This document shows positions 28,927 to 37,534 of a stretch of DNA of 57,895 nt, one piece after another. The notes below the pieces were generated by a model, which saw only the letters and a list, made by a program, of their open reading frames with translations, ran no database searches and had not been told where the DNA came from. Origin of the DNA: Thermoproteota archaeon (lineage in GTDB: Archaea > Korarchaeota > Korarchaeia > Korarchaeales > Korarchaeaceae); the NCBI GenBank assembly GCA_037917625.1, contig JAVCBY010000045.1, positions 1-57,895 on the forward strand, given 5' to 3'. The stretch's first letter is position 1, and each line of letters opens with the position of its first letter. The position numbers were made by a program, and so were the translations under genes.

Positions 28927-29514
28927 GTGTTGAATAGGCTCGAGAGCCTAGGGTTCAGGGAATATGGCGAAGCTTTCCGGATGAAGGGGAATGAGAGTAA
29001 TACATTGGGCGTTCTATTTTATAAAGGGAGCTTGAGAGCTCTCCCGATATACATCCAGTGGGATGATGGGTATTCCGAGGCTTACGCATACATTATCTAC
29101 GGTGATAGGATCTTACTGGATTCCTTCAGTAGAGCTGGCGAAATTAAGCTCTCCAATGAGCTCAAGAGCTGCTTTCCAATGGGTTGCTCAGTTAATGAAC
29201 TATTAGAGGCATCATGTCAAGATTGCGTCAGCAATGGCTGTAGACCGTGCTGCAGCTCTCAGATATCCTGCCCTCCCGGTAGGTACGCCGATTGTAAGTT
29301 CATATGCAGTAGTTGGAGCACTTCTTGCCTCTATAGACGTGGTCTCTCCCTCGCTGGATGTGCAGAAGCACGTGGAAGCTGCATCGCTACTCCTAATCCA
29401 TTTACATGTGGTATCTGCCTCGGTTGTGTGTTAGGTTCTCCTCTCTTAGGAGAAGAATGTGCGCACTACTGCAAGAGCTCTCGATGTGCATGTAGATGCT
29501 TAAGGTATCATTAA
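28927..29514 (+). CDS. Cys-rich protein, possible archaeocin/halocin-C8-like precursor; 5' end appears frameshifted
   Basis: 21 Cys in residues 82-195; frame is open upstream to about 28846 without a start codon; a TTG-initiated signal-like sequence sits in another frame at 28842. Confidence 0.55.
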   Translation: MLNRLESLGFREYGEAFRMKGNESNTLGVLFYKGSLRALPIYIQWDDGYSEAYAYIIYGDRILLDSFSRAGEIKLSNELKSCFPMGCSVNELLEASCQDCVSNGCRPCCSSQISCPPGRYADCKFICSSWSTSCLYRRGLSLAGCAEARGSCIATPNPFTCGICLGCVLGSPLLGEECAHYCKSSRCACRCLRYH

Positions 29515-29523
29515 GGGGGGAAT

Positions 29524-30045
29524 ATGTCCAAGATCGACAAGATCGATAACTTAATCTTCTTGATAGCCTTATCCCTATTCATCTTGGGTATCTACGACCA
29601 CAAACTCCCAGCTATCCTCTACTCACTTTTCCCCCTACTTCCAGCGGCCGCATTCTATAGAAAGGATTTTCCACCGAGGAGCTCTAAGTTCCTATGTCTA
29701 CTCACTCATACCTCCGTCGCCTTAGTGAATACAGTGCTCTTACTCCAGGATGCTGAAGGCTTCATGATAGAATACCTAACTAAACCCTTCGCATGGACCA
29801 TAATTCTCTCCGCAGCCTTACCTAGGATGGAGCTACGTCACTATCACAACTTGAAGAGTTATAGGGGCGTCATAGATCTCCTGGCAGCGTACATCGTCAC
29901 ATATTTCTTTCCGTTCAGTCACTTCGGATATACTGAGGGATGGATTGCGGAGCCCCTCTTCGTACCAGTGTTCCTCATCTCGCACCTACTATTAGCTCCT
30001 CCGATCTACCTGATCTTAATTATGAGGACTCATGGCGACCAATGA
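29524..30045 (+). CDS. Hypothetical multi-pass membrane protein
   Basis: About 5-6 hydrophobic segments; GGGGGG SD; starts 9 nt after the Cys-rich gene. Confidence 0.7.
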   Translation: MSKIDKIDNLIFLIALSLFILGIYDHKLPAILYSLFPLLPAAAFYRKDFPPRSSKFLCLLTHTSVALVNTVLLLQDAEGFMIEYLTKPFAWTIILSAALPRMELRHYHNLKSYRGVIDLLAAYIVTYFFPFSHFGYTEGWIAEPLFVPVFLISHLLLAPPIYLILIMRTHGDQ

Positions 30046-30294
30046 GGGAGATTTATGGGAATTCATCCTCTCTTTTTCTTTTTCCTTTAGGGGTCGTTCT
30101 CCTATATTTTTCTCATGAATCTCTCATCTTGACTGAGTTTTGGAGAGGATCGCGAGGCTCTCGGTCAGACTCTAGTGAGATATTTAGAACGATGGAGATA
30201 TGCATCCCTCATTGTGAATGACTTCCCTCGACGATCGAATTCTAGCTGACCAAACAAGATCCAGTTCAGCCCTTGAGATTCAGGGAGATGCTAT

Positions 30295-31095
30295 CTAGAG
30301 AGCTGAATCTAGGTAGAGCATCACCATGAACCCTATGATTAGTCCTACCGTAGCCTTGAGAGTCGAGTAATTCTCCCCATAGACCTCCGGTATCACCTCC
30401 TTCAGAGTGATGAAGAGCATCGCACCTCCAGCAAAACCCATCCCTAATGGAAGCAATTCTTTGAGCTCCGTGAAGACTAAAGCCCCTATTATGGCCATTA
30501 GAAGCTCGCTTATCCCACTGAGCAATCCTATGAGGAAGCCAAGCTTCTTTCCTACCGCGGAACTGACAGGAAGAGCTACAGCGAAGCCCTCCGGTATATC
30601 TTGGATCCCTATAGCTATAGCTGTAGCTATACCTAGGGGAATTGAATAAGCTACTGAGACGCCTACAGCAATTCCCTCAGGGAAGTTATGTATTATGATA
30701 GCTATCGCTAAGAGCCAAGTCTTCCTGAGCAAGCGTTTCGCTGATTCAGGACCCTCATAACCTAAGATCGGGTGCTCATGCGGGGTCACTCTCTCGATCG
30801 CTAATATAACTCCGAATCCTAGGAGGATTCCGAGGGAAACTGTGGGGAAGGAGGAGATCTCGATCGCTGGAAGAATTAAGCTGGTGAAACTGGCTACTAA
30901 CATTATCCCAGCGGCGAATGCCATTGAGAAGTGTAAGCTCAGCTTCACTCTTCTGAGTATGAAGATCATAGCAGCGCCTAAGCCAGTGGTTAGAGTTATG
31001 AAAGCTCCAGCTATTAAGCTAGCTACTAAAGGATCCTCCCCGATCAATGACTCGAGGAGAGTTATGATCTGTTGGAGCGACCCCTCTGAAGCCAT
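30295..31095 (-). CDS. ZIP/GufA-family divalent metal transporter
   Basis: FAAGIML, HNFPEGIAVG, IGIQDIPEG, AGGAMLF...EVIPE. Confidence 0.93.
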   Translation of the reverse strand: MASEGSLQQIITLLESLIGEDPLVASLIAGAFITLTTGLGAAMIFILRRVKLSLHFSMAFAAGIMLVASFTSLILPAIEISSFPTVSLGILLGFGVILAIERVTPHEHPILGYEGPESAKRLLRKTWLLAIAIIIHNFPEGIAVGVSVAYSIPLGIATAIAIGIQDIPEGFAVALPVSSAVGKKLGFLIGLLSGISELLMAIIGALVFTELKELLPLGMGFAGGAMLFITLKEVIPEVYGENYSTLKATVGLIIGFMVMLYLDSAL

Positions 31096-31151
31096 CCCTC
31101 CTCACTATGGGGAATTATTTTAAGGATGATGGAGCATGAAGGGGGGTTGAG

Positions 31152-31532
31152 ATGAGATTGGAGCCTGGGCTTAAGGGGACGTTCGAGTTCAAAGTTGAGG
31201 AGAGGTTTTCGACAGGGCACGTCGGTGTTCAAGTGCTCTCCACACCTGGGATGATAGCTATGATGGAGCTCGCCTCCATGAAGCTCGTCCAACCGTATCT
31301 AGATGAGGGGAGCACTACTGTCGGCACTAGGATCTGCGTGGATCATAAGGCGCCAGCTCCTATTGGTGCTAGCGTATCCATCACCTCCGAGCTCATCTCC
31401 GTCGAGGGGAGGAAGCTCGTCTTCAAGGTCTCAGCTCACTGGGGGGATAAGCTGATAGGGGAGGGCTCTCACGAGAGGTTCATCGTAGATAAGGGGAGGT
31501 TCTCAGCGAAGCTCAAGGAGGAGTTGAAGTGA
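31152..31532 (+). CDS. Hot-dog fold thioesterase (fluoroacetyl-CoA thioesterase-like)
   Basis: VLSTPGMIAMME, TTVG...HKAP, IGEGSHERFIV. Confidence 0.9.
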   Translation: MRLEPGLKGTFEFKVEERFSTGHVGVQVLSTPGMIAMMELASMKLVQPYLDEGSTTVGTRICVDHKAPAPIGASVSITSELISVEGRKLVFKVSAHWGDKLIGEGSHERFIVDKGRFSAKLKEELK

Positions 31533-32200
31533 GATTTGGTGAGGAGATATTGAGGAGACTCTCCTATCTAGAGCTCAAGGAGGATGAATATGCCTCATTA
31601 GTGGCCTCGAGATCCTCCAACCCATTCGAAACTCTAGTGGCGACAGTGATATCTCAGAATACTAACGATAGGAATACTATAAGAGCTATGGAGAACCTTA
31701 AGGGGAGATTGGGGGACCTAACTCCTGAGAAGATAATTATGTTGAGCGATAGGGAGCTGGAGGAACTAATAAAGCCAGCTGGCTTATACAGACGGAAAGC
31801 TAAGTACCTAAAAGCTATATCCCAGAGACTATCTGGAGGGGCTTTGGAGGAGATTTTGAGCCTCGAGACAGAGGAAGCTAGAAGTAGACTCCTCGAGATC
31901 CCTGGAATAGGGCCTAAGACAGCTGATGTACTCCTCAGCCTCATGGGGAAGGAGACGGTAGCTGTGGATAGGCATATAGCTAGGGTCTCATCCAGGCTTG
32001 GGATATCAGATGGGAGTTATGATAGGACTAGGAGAGCCCTCATGAATATCTTCGACAAAAAGGATTATTTGAGGGTCCACCTACTCCTAATAAAGCTGGG
32101 AAGATTGTATTGTAGGCCTAGAAACCCGAGGTGTGGGAAATGCCCGTTGAGAGATTTATGCAATTTCTCACATTCTCTCAAGCCTGGGGATTCCGATTAA
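31529..32200 (+). CDS. nth: Endonuclease III (HhH-GPD, 4Fe-4S)
   Basis: ISQNTND, IPGIGPKTAD, VDRH, C-x6-C-x2-C-x5-C. Confidence 0.93.
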   Translation: MRFGEEILRRLSYLELKEDEYASLVASRSSNPFETLVATVISQNTNDRNTIRAMENLKGRLGDLTPEKIIMLSDRELEELIKPAGLYRRKAKYLKAISQRLSGGALEEILSLETEEARSRLLEIPGIGPKTADVLLSLMGKETVAVDRHIARVSSRLGISDGSYDRTRRALMNIFDKKDYLRVHLLLIKLGRLYCRPRNPRCGKCPLRDLCNFSHSLKPGDSD

Positions 32201-34066
32201 GTCCATCGCCGCGCCCAAAGTCCCTTTGACAGCGTTCACTAAGTTGAGCCTCGCTGCCCTCTCCTCAGGCCTAGCTGCGCTCAGGACGGGGTGATCCTCG
32301 TAGAACTTATTGAATTGTGAGGCGAGCTCATTAGCGTATGAAGCTATTATATCTGGCTTCGTTAGCTTGAAAGAGCTCCACACTCTCTCGGGAAACTCGG
32401 ATATCATTTGCACGATCGCCACCTCAGAATCGCTCTTCAACTCATTTGGGTCGAAATCTTCCGGCACTCCCTGAGCTTTCTTAATTATGTTCAATGCTCT
32501 AGTGTATGCGTACTGAATGAAGGGCCCGCTGTTCTCCTCAAAATTTAAGACCCTCTCCCACCTGAACTGAACTACTTTATTAGGGGATACGCTAATCAGC
32601 CCATATCTCAAAGCACCAATAGCGACCTTCTCGCATATCTCCTCATCATATATTCCTCTCTCCTTCAATATAGCTTCAACCCTCCTCCTAGCCTCATCCA
32701 GTACTTCATCCAATGTGACGTATAAGCCCCTCCTCCCAGACATCGCTGCCCCCACTAAGTTGACCATCTCATAGGAGAGGTGTATCAGCTTATCCGGATC
32801 GTGCCCCATTAAAGCGAGGCAAGCCCTAACTCCCTTCTGCTCCATGTTCTGCTCGGAAGCGATGACGTTATAACAGAAGCTCACACCCAATCCCTCAAAT
32901 TTATATAAGGAGTAAGCTACATCAGTCCCTGTGTACAGCCAAGTACCATCGGATCTAGTTAGATAGAACTTCCTAGGTATCACCTCCCCCAACCTCCCTT
33001 CCCTCTCCAGCTTCAATACATCGTCCTCGCTCAATTCGAACACCTTCCTCACATTCTCATCCCCTTTTACCGCCTCCCAGAGGTCTACGTAAGCAGCTTT
33101 CCCCTCCCTTCTCAAGTAACCCGATCTCTCGAGTCTCTCAATAGCTCTATTGACCCACTCATCCCATATCAGCTCGCTCTCCCAATCGAAGCCATCGTAA
33201 GTTATGCCTATTCTCCCCAAAGTCTCCATGAAGCCCTTAAGTACTGACTCAGTTATCTCCCTGAACATAAGAACGGAGTCCCCTTCCTTCCTCTGATAAC
33301 TCCTGAGGAGGGACATCACTTCCTCCTCGCTAAGTTCCCCTATCCTCAGGAGCTCCGGCTCCATCCTCCCTATACGCTCGACTACCTCAGTCCACTCCTC
33401 TAACCTAGATTCTGAGTTAACTCCATTCTTTATCCTCCAGATCTCAAGAAAAGCATTCGAAATAGCATATATAAGGCCGAACCAATGATCAACTTTCCCT
33501 TTAGGGCTCAGATCCCTAACTTTAGATCTCCCAGCCGCTAATATAGCCACTTGCAAGTTGCAATCGTTGACTAAGTAATGCCTCCTCACATCCCATCCCA
33601 AGAAGTCTAGTATCCTGGAGAAGGAGTCACCTATAACAGCGTTCCTTCCGCTCCCCACATGAAGAGGGTGAACTGGGTTAGCGCTCGTATGCTCTACCAT
33701 CACCTTCACTCCCTTCCTCTCCTCCCTCCCTAGCTCCTCGCTAGATGCTAGTCTCAATACATCCCTGAAGAACCTCACTTTATCGACCCTCAGGTTTAAG
33801 TAACCACCATCCCCGTATACATTTGAGGAGTAAGCTACCTTACTCACGTCAATCCTCTCTAATACAGTCTCAGCAGCTCTCTCCGGATCTAAGTTCAGGT
33901 CCTTCGCTACCTTGAAACCGACTGGGAGACCGTAGCTCGCATAATCCTTTCGGACTCTCGATACTTGAATCGGAGAGAAGCGGGTCGCAGATCCTAGCTC
34001 GCTCAGTACCCTATTAACTTCCTCAGCGAATGTAGACTTAACTGCGCCGAGCGGATCCCTGATCAT
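32168..34066 (-). CDS. argS: Arginine--tRNA ligase
   Basis: VEHTSANPVHPLHVGSGRN, RSDGTWLY, MSGRRG, GPFIQYAYTR, C-terminal LERM. Confidence 0.96.
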   Translation of the reverse strand: MIRDPLGAVKSTFAEEVNRVLSELGSATRFSPIQVSRVRKDYASYGLPVGFKVAKDLNLDPERAAETVLERIDVSKVAYSSNVYGDGGYLNLRVDKVRFFRDVLRLASSEELGREERKGVKVMVEHTSANPVHPLHVGSGRNAVIGDSFSRILDFLGWDVRRHYLVNDCNLQVAILAAGRSKVRDLSPKGKVDHWFGLIYAISNAFLEIWRIKNGVNSESRLEEWTEVVERIGRMEPELLRIGELSEEEVMSLLRSYQRKEGDSVLMFREITESVLKGFMETLGRIGITYDGFDWESELIWDEWVNRAIERLERSGYLRREGKAAYVDLWEAVKGDENVRKVFELSEDDVLKLEREGRLGEVIPRKFYLTRSDGTWLYTGTDVAYSLYKFEGLGVSFCYNVIASEQNMEQKGVRACLALMGHDPDKLIHLSYEMVNLVGAAMSGRRGLYVTLDEVLDEARRRVEAILKERGIYDEEICEKVAIGALRYGLISVSPNKVVQFRWERVLNFEENSGPFIQYAYTRALNIIKKAQGVPEDFDPNELKSDSEVAIVQMISEFPERVWSSFKLTKPDIIASYANELASQFNKFYEDHPVLSAARPEERAARLNLVNAVKGTLGAAMDLIGIPRLERM

Positions 34067-34133
34067 CGACTCACTTTAGGATCAGGGAATATAATGATGT
34101 CGCCTTAAGTGCTGGGGGGAGCATACGGGCGGA

Positions 34134-35000
34134 GTGACTGCCTTCCAGAGGATATTGAGGAGGGCCTTAGAGCAGATACCTTATGGGGAGGTGACCACCT
34201 TTAAGATAATAGCTGAGGCCCTCGGGGATGTGAGAGCTTCTCTAGCCATCAGGAACGAATGCCTGAAGCTCTCCAAAATAGATCCAGATATCCCGTGGTG
34301 GAGGGTAGTCTCATCTAAGCTTGAGCTCATGCCGGGGGCTGAGGAAAAGCTGAGGGAGGAAGGGGGTATCGAGAGGGCGAAGATGGGGAAGTTCTTCAGG
34401 GAGTTGGATGTATGGCCTATCTTCAAGGTGATGGCAACGGATCAGATTAAGCTCTCTGAGAGGTTGATCTTGAGCGAGCTGGGGAATGTGAGCGTAGCAG
34501 CAGGAGTTGATGTGAGTTACATTGATGATAGAGCTGTGGCCTGCTGCGTAACTGTCGATGAGGAGCTAAGGATTATGGAGGTGAGGTTAGAGAGGTTCTC
34601 ACCCCAGATACCGTACGTACCGACTTATCTAGCTTTCAGGGAATTGAGAGGGATGCTACCAGCAGCTATGAAGTGCGACTTCGATGTAATATTTGTGGAT
34701 GGTCACGGATTACTTCACCCCAGGGGCCTGGGAGAGGCCTCTCATTTGGGCTTGCTCTTAGGCAAGCCATCTGTAGGTGTAGCGAAATCTAAACTAATCG
34801 GGGAGATAGAGGGGAGTTACGTTAAGTTCATGGGCAAGGAGGTCGCTGCCCTGCATAGAGGCGGGTTCATATCGCCGGGGCATCTATCGAACTTAGAATC
34901 AGCTTTAAAAATAGCTATAAAATTCTGGAGAGAGGGAAATCAACCTTTCCCTTTGAAACTGGCCCATTCGCTCTCTAAGAGCGCTAAATTCTCAGATTGA
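34134..35000 (+). CDS. nfi: Alkyltransferase-like (ATL) domain fused to endonuclease V
   Basis: IPYGEVTTF...IPWWRVV (Trp in place of the MGMT Cys); GVDVSY, PYVPTYLAFRE, VDGHGLLHPRGLGEASH, GVAK. Confidence 0.9.
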   Translation: MTAFQRILRRALEQIPYGEVTTFKIIAEALGDVRASLAIRNECLKLSKIDPDIPWWRVVSSKLELMPGAEEKLREEGGIERAKMGKFFRELDVWPIFKVMATDQIKLSERLILSELGNVSVAAGVDVSYIDDRAVACCVTVDEELRIMEVRLERFSPQIPYVPTYLAFRELRGMLPAAMKCDFDVIFVDGHGLLHPRGLGEASHLGLLLGKPSVGVAKSKLIGEIEGSYVKFMGKEVAALHRGGFISPGHLSNLESALKIAIKFWREGNQPFPLKLAHSLSKSAKFSD

Positions 35001-36429
35001 TTTGATGAGGCTTATTCTCCTCTAAACTCATCTCTAAAATTGTTTCCTTACCTTCAGGGGGTATGACTAATATCTGAACATCTATCTGCCTCTGGGAAGT
35101 TACCTTCCCCTCTAAGTACCTCCTATCGTACCTGAACGTCCCTCTCACATTATGCAATCCTTCAAGCCTATCTATCATCTTAGATGGTGTGGTGATCCAT
35201 ATCTCCCTACTTGAGGCCTCATTTATGGCTGTTAAGACACTTAGCTCTGTTGTAGCATCCAAACTGACGAAACCCCCCCTCTTAGCTATTTCCTCCATGA
35301 CCTCAGCTACTCTCTCCCTCCTCACCCTCCCTAAGGTGGGGATGTTCCACAGCGATCCTATCTTGAAGGGCCTCGAGACCCCTAGGGGGTACCCAAAGCC
35401 CTGATATATCTCACCGACTATCGTATACCTAGCTTTCACGAACATAGCTGATTCTAGAGCGTCATTCACCGTTGATTCAATGCTCCTGAACCTTATCCCG
35501 AGGTCTCCCCTCTTAAGGGTCTCCGCTAATTCCCTGTACTCATCAAGTATGACATCATGACTCACAGATGCTTTAGGGGAGGCTAAAAGGCCTACTTCAT
35601 GACCGTTCTCCTCTAAAGCGAGCAGGCTTTCCCCTATGCTCGATGGACTGTAATCCTCACCCCTTCCTGCAAAAAACGTTATTGAATCCTGAATTTTGCT
35701 TATTCTTTCTATCCAAATTTCCCTCTTTCTCAGAATATTTTTAAGTTTATTTACGAGAGATCTACCCTTCCCTATCCTCTGAACTGGTACTGAGATTGCT
35801 AACGCTCCCCTCCTCCCGGGAGGGGATGCCCTCTTGAGCACGAGGGGAAGGCCCTCGGATTTATGAAGCATGAGTATGAGGCTTAGAAGGAGTTTAGCGT
35901 GAAGATCGGCTGCAGGTATCCTTGTCTCAGCGCCTCTTATCTCAGATATAGCTGCTAGATTTATCCTGTTATCTGGGGTCTTCACTTGCTTCATCCCCAA
36001 GGATAGTTCAGCCCCCATCAAGAAGTAAGCTATGGTCTTGAAGAGATCATAGCCTACTAATATGTTCCCATCCCTCCTGAATATCGGGTTAGTCCTCGAA
36101 AGCCTCTCACAATCGAAACTGTATTTGTATCCGAAGAAAGGGGACTTCTCCTTATTTAGCTCGAGGAACCCGGAGGGCATCGGGGGGGATCTCTTACTCT
36201 CGACTTTATCGCCACCGAAATAAGCTAATGCAGCGCTCCCTATGAATATAGATGGCGTGACAACGGGTACGAATTCCGATTCCTCCGGGAATATTGAGAC
36301 CATATGCTTTATCGGGTCGGGCTCATGCACCTCCTCCCAGAAGAGCCCGAGAGAGTTCAAAGTATACCTAATCGCCTCCCTCACTCTGGGGTCTCTCGAC
36401 CTTATGACAGCGATGTTCGTCGGAACCAC
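34984..36429 (-). CDS. Divergent polysaccharide-deacetylase-like (NodB-fold) protein, probably inactive
   Basis: ITFF, ENGHEVGLLAS, G.R, GYPLGVSRPF...IP, ...IWITT resemble the family but the metal ligands are missing. Confidence 0.45.
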   Translation of the reverse strand: MVPTNIAVIRSRDPRVREAIRYTLNSLGLFWEEVHEPDPIKHMVSIFPEESEFVPVVTPSIFIGSAALAYFGGDKVESKRSPPMPSGFLELNKEKSPFFGYKYSFDCERLSRTNPIFRRDGNILVGYDLFKTIAYFLMGAELSLGMKQVKTPDNRINLAAISEIRGAETRIPAADLHAKLLLSLILMLHKSEGLPLVLKRASPPGRRGALAISVPVQRIGKGRSLVNKLKNILRKREIWIERISKIQDSITFFAGRGEDYSPSSIGESLLALEENGHEVGLLASPKASVSHDVILDEYRELAETLKRGDLGIRFRSIESTVNDALESAMFVKARYTIVGEIYQGFGYPLGVSRPFKIGSLWNIPTLGRVRRERVAEVMEEIAKRGGFVSLDATTELSVLTAINEASSREIWITTPSKMIDRLEGLHNVRGTFRYDRRYLEGKVTSQRQIDVQILVIPPEGKETILEMSLEENKPHQINLRI

Positions 36430-36443
36430 TCCCCCTCATGGGG

Positions 36444-36579
36444 TGGTGGGGCCGGTGGGACTCGAACCCACGTCTTACGGGTGTCCCCCTCAGTGCTCCA
36501 GGGACTGGAGCCCGCCGCCCTACCTTTCCAGGGCATGACCCCTATATCATAGGGGGACGCCAGGCTGGGCCACGGCCCC
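36444..36579 (-). tRNA. trnW: tRNA-Trp(CCA) with two introns: 37 nt at 17/17a (36526-36562) and 22 nt at 37/38 (36483-36504); CCA end encoded
   Basis: Acceptor GGGGCCG/CGGCCCC-A-CCA; T-arm GTGGG-TTCGAGT-CCCAC; anticodon arm GCGGG-CTCCAG|A-CCCGT; the spliced product is 77 nt with D-arm GCCC-AGCCAGGTA-GGGC. Confidence 0.93.
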
Positions 36580-36600
36580 TCACCAGATCTCGCGTGGAGA

Positions 36601-36609
36601 TTATATAAA
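36601..36609 (-). promoter_or_regulatory. TATA box for tRNA-Trp (divergent from the ttuA-like gene)
   Basis: Minus strand TTTATATAA 22-30 nt upstream of the mature 5' end. Confidence 0.6.
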
Positions 36610-36666
36610 GTTAAAGGGTGCCTCCTATAAATATGTTCTTCTAAATCCGAGATAGAGGGAGAGGAA

Positions 36667-37533
36667 ATGAGATGCGCTTACTGTAACAATGAAGCGAAGA
36701 TATATGTGGAAAATCTCGGCTCTTGGGTCTGTGATGATCATTTCGAGAGATACTTCCTTAAAAGAGTTGATAGAGTGCTGAGGAGAGTTAGGAGAGGTAG
36801 TTCCCTCTTATTCGGGATCTCAGGCGGGAAGGACTCTGTTGCTGCGATACACTCAACCAACCTCCTCAAGGAGAAGTATGGATTCAGAATAGGTGCGATA
36901 ATGATAGATACGGGTTCAGATGAGTGCTTGAGGGTCTTCGATGGGTTGAAGGATATGCTGGGCTTCGAGGGGGAGGTCCTGAGCTTGAAGGATTGGGGGA
37001 TAGAGATACCTAGGGATCCCGAGTTCGCTTGTTTCGTCTGCGGGATCGTCAACAGGTACTTATTGAATAGGTATGCTGTTGAGAGAGGATATGATTACGT
37101 AGCCACTGGTCACAACTTGGATGACATGGCGTATTTCGGCTTAAATAATCTCATAAAGCACTCCTTAGATTACTTAATCTATCAATACGACTCAGTGACA
37201 GATCCCATACCCGAGCTGAGGATGGCGGGGAAAGTCAAGCCCCTCTTCTGGCTGAGCGATTCCGATTCCCTGAGTTACATCAAGCTAAAGGGACTCCCTA
37301 GATGCAGTACCAAGTGCCCCGAGGGGTTGGATAAGCAAGCGATCATAAAGCCCATACTTTATGAGATGAGGAAGAGATGGCCTCCCTTTCTAGTGAACTT
37401 CGTTAGCAGTATCAGGGAGCTCGTGAAAATGTCTGAGCATCCCCAAAGAAAGGTGAACTTACGTGAGAGGTGCGGATATCCTACATCAGGGAGGATATGT
37501 GCCTTCTGTAGGCTTAGGGAGTCGGGGGTCTGA
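36667..37533 (+). CDS. TtuA/Ncs6/TtcA-family PP-loop tRNA thiolation protein
   Basis: N-terminal CxxC..C..H finger, SGGKDS, CFVC, TGHNLDD, KPL, CP, C-terminal zinc finger. Confidence 0.85.
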   Translation: MRCAYCNNEAKIYVENLGSWVCDDHFERYFLKRVDRVLRRVRRGSSLLFGISGGKDSVAAIHSTNLLKEKYGFRIGAIMIDTGSDECLRVFDGLKDMLGFEGEVLSLKDWGIEIPRDPEFACFVCGIVNRYLLNRYAVERGYDYVATGHNLDDMAYFGLNNLIKHSLDYLIYQYDSVTDPIPELRMAGKVKPLFWLSDSDSLSYIKLKGLPRCSTKCPEGLDKQAIIKPILYEMRKRWPPFLVNFVSSIRELVKMSEHPQRKVNLRERCGYPTSGRICAFCRLRESGV

Positions 37534-37534
37534 G

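Noticed and set aside
36242-36552. Two plus-strand ORFs over the tRNA
   Set aside because: Explained by GC-rich tRNA-Trp on the opposite strand
36483-36562. ATGATA in the D-loop intron and CTGA in the anticodon intron as a split box C/D guide
   Set aside because: Box C match is incomplete, it sits in a hairpin, and no guide complementarity was identified
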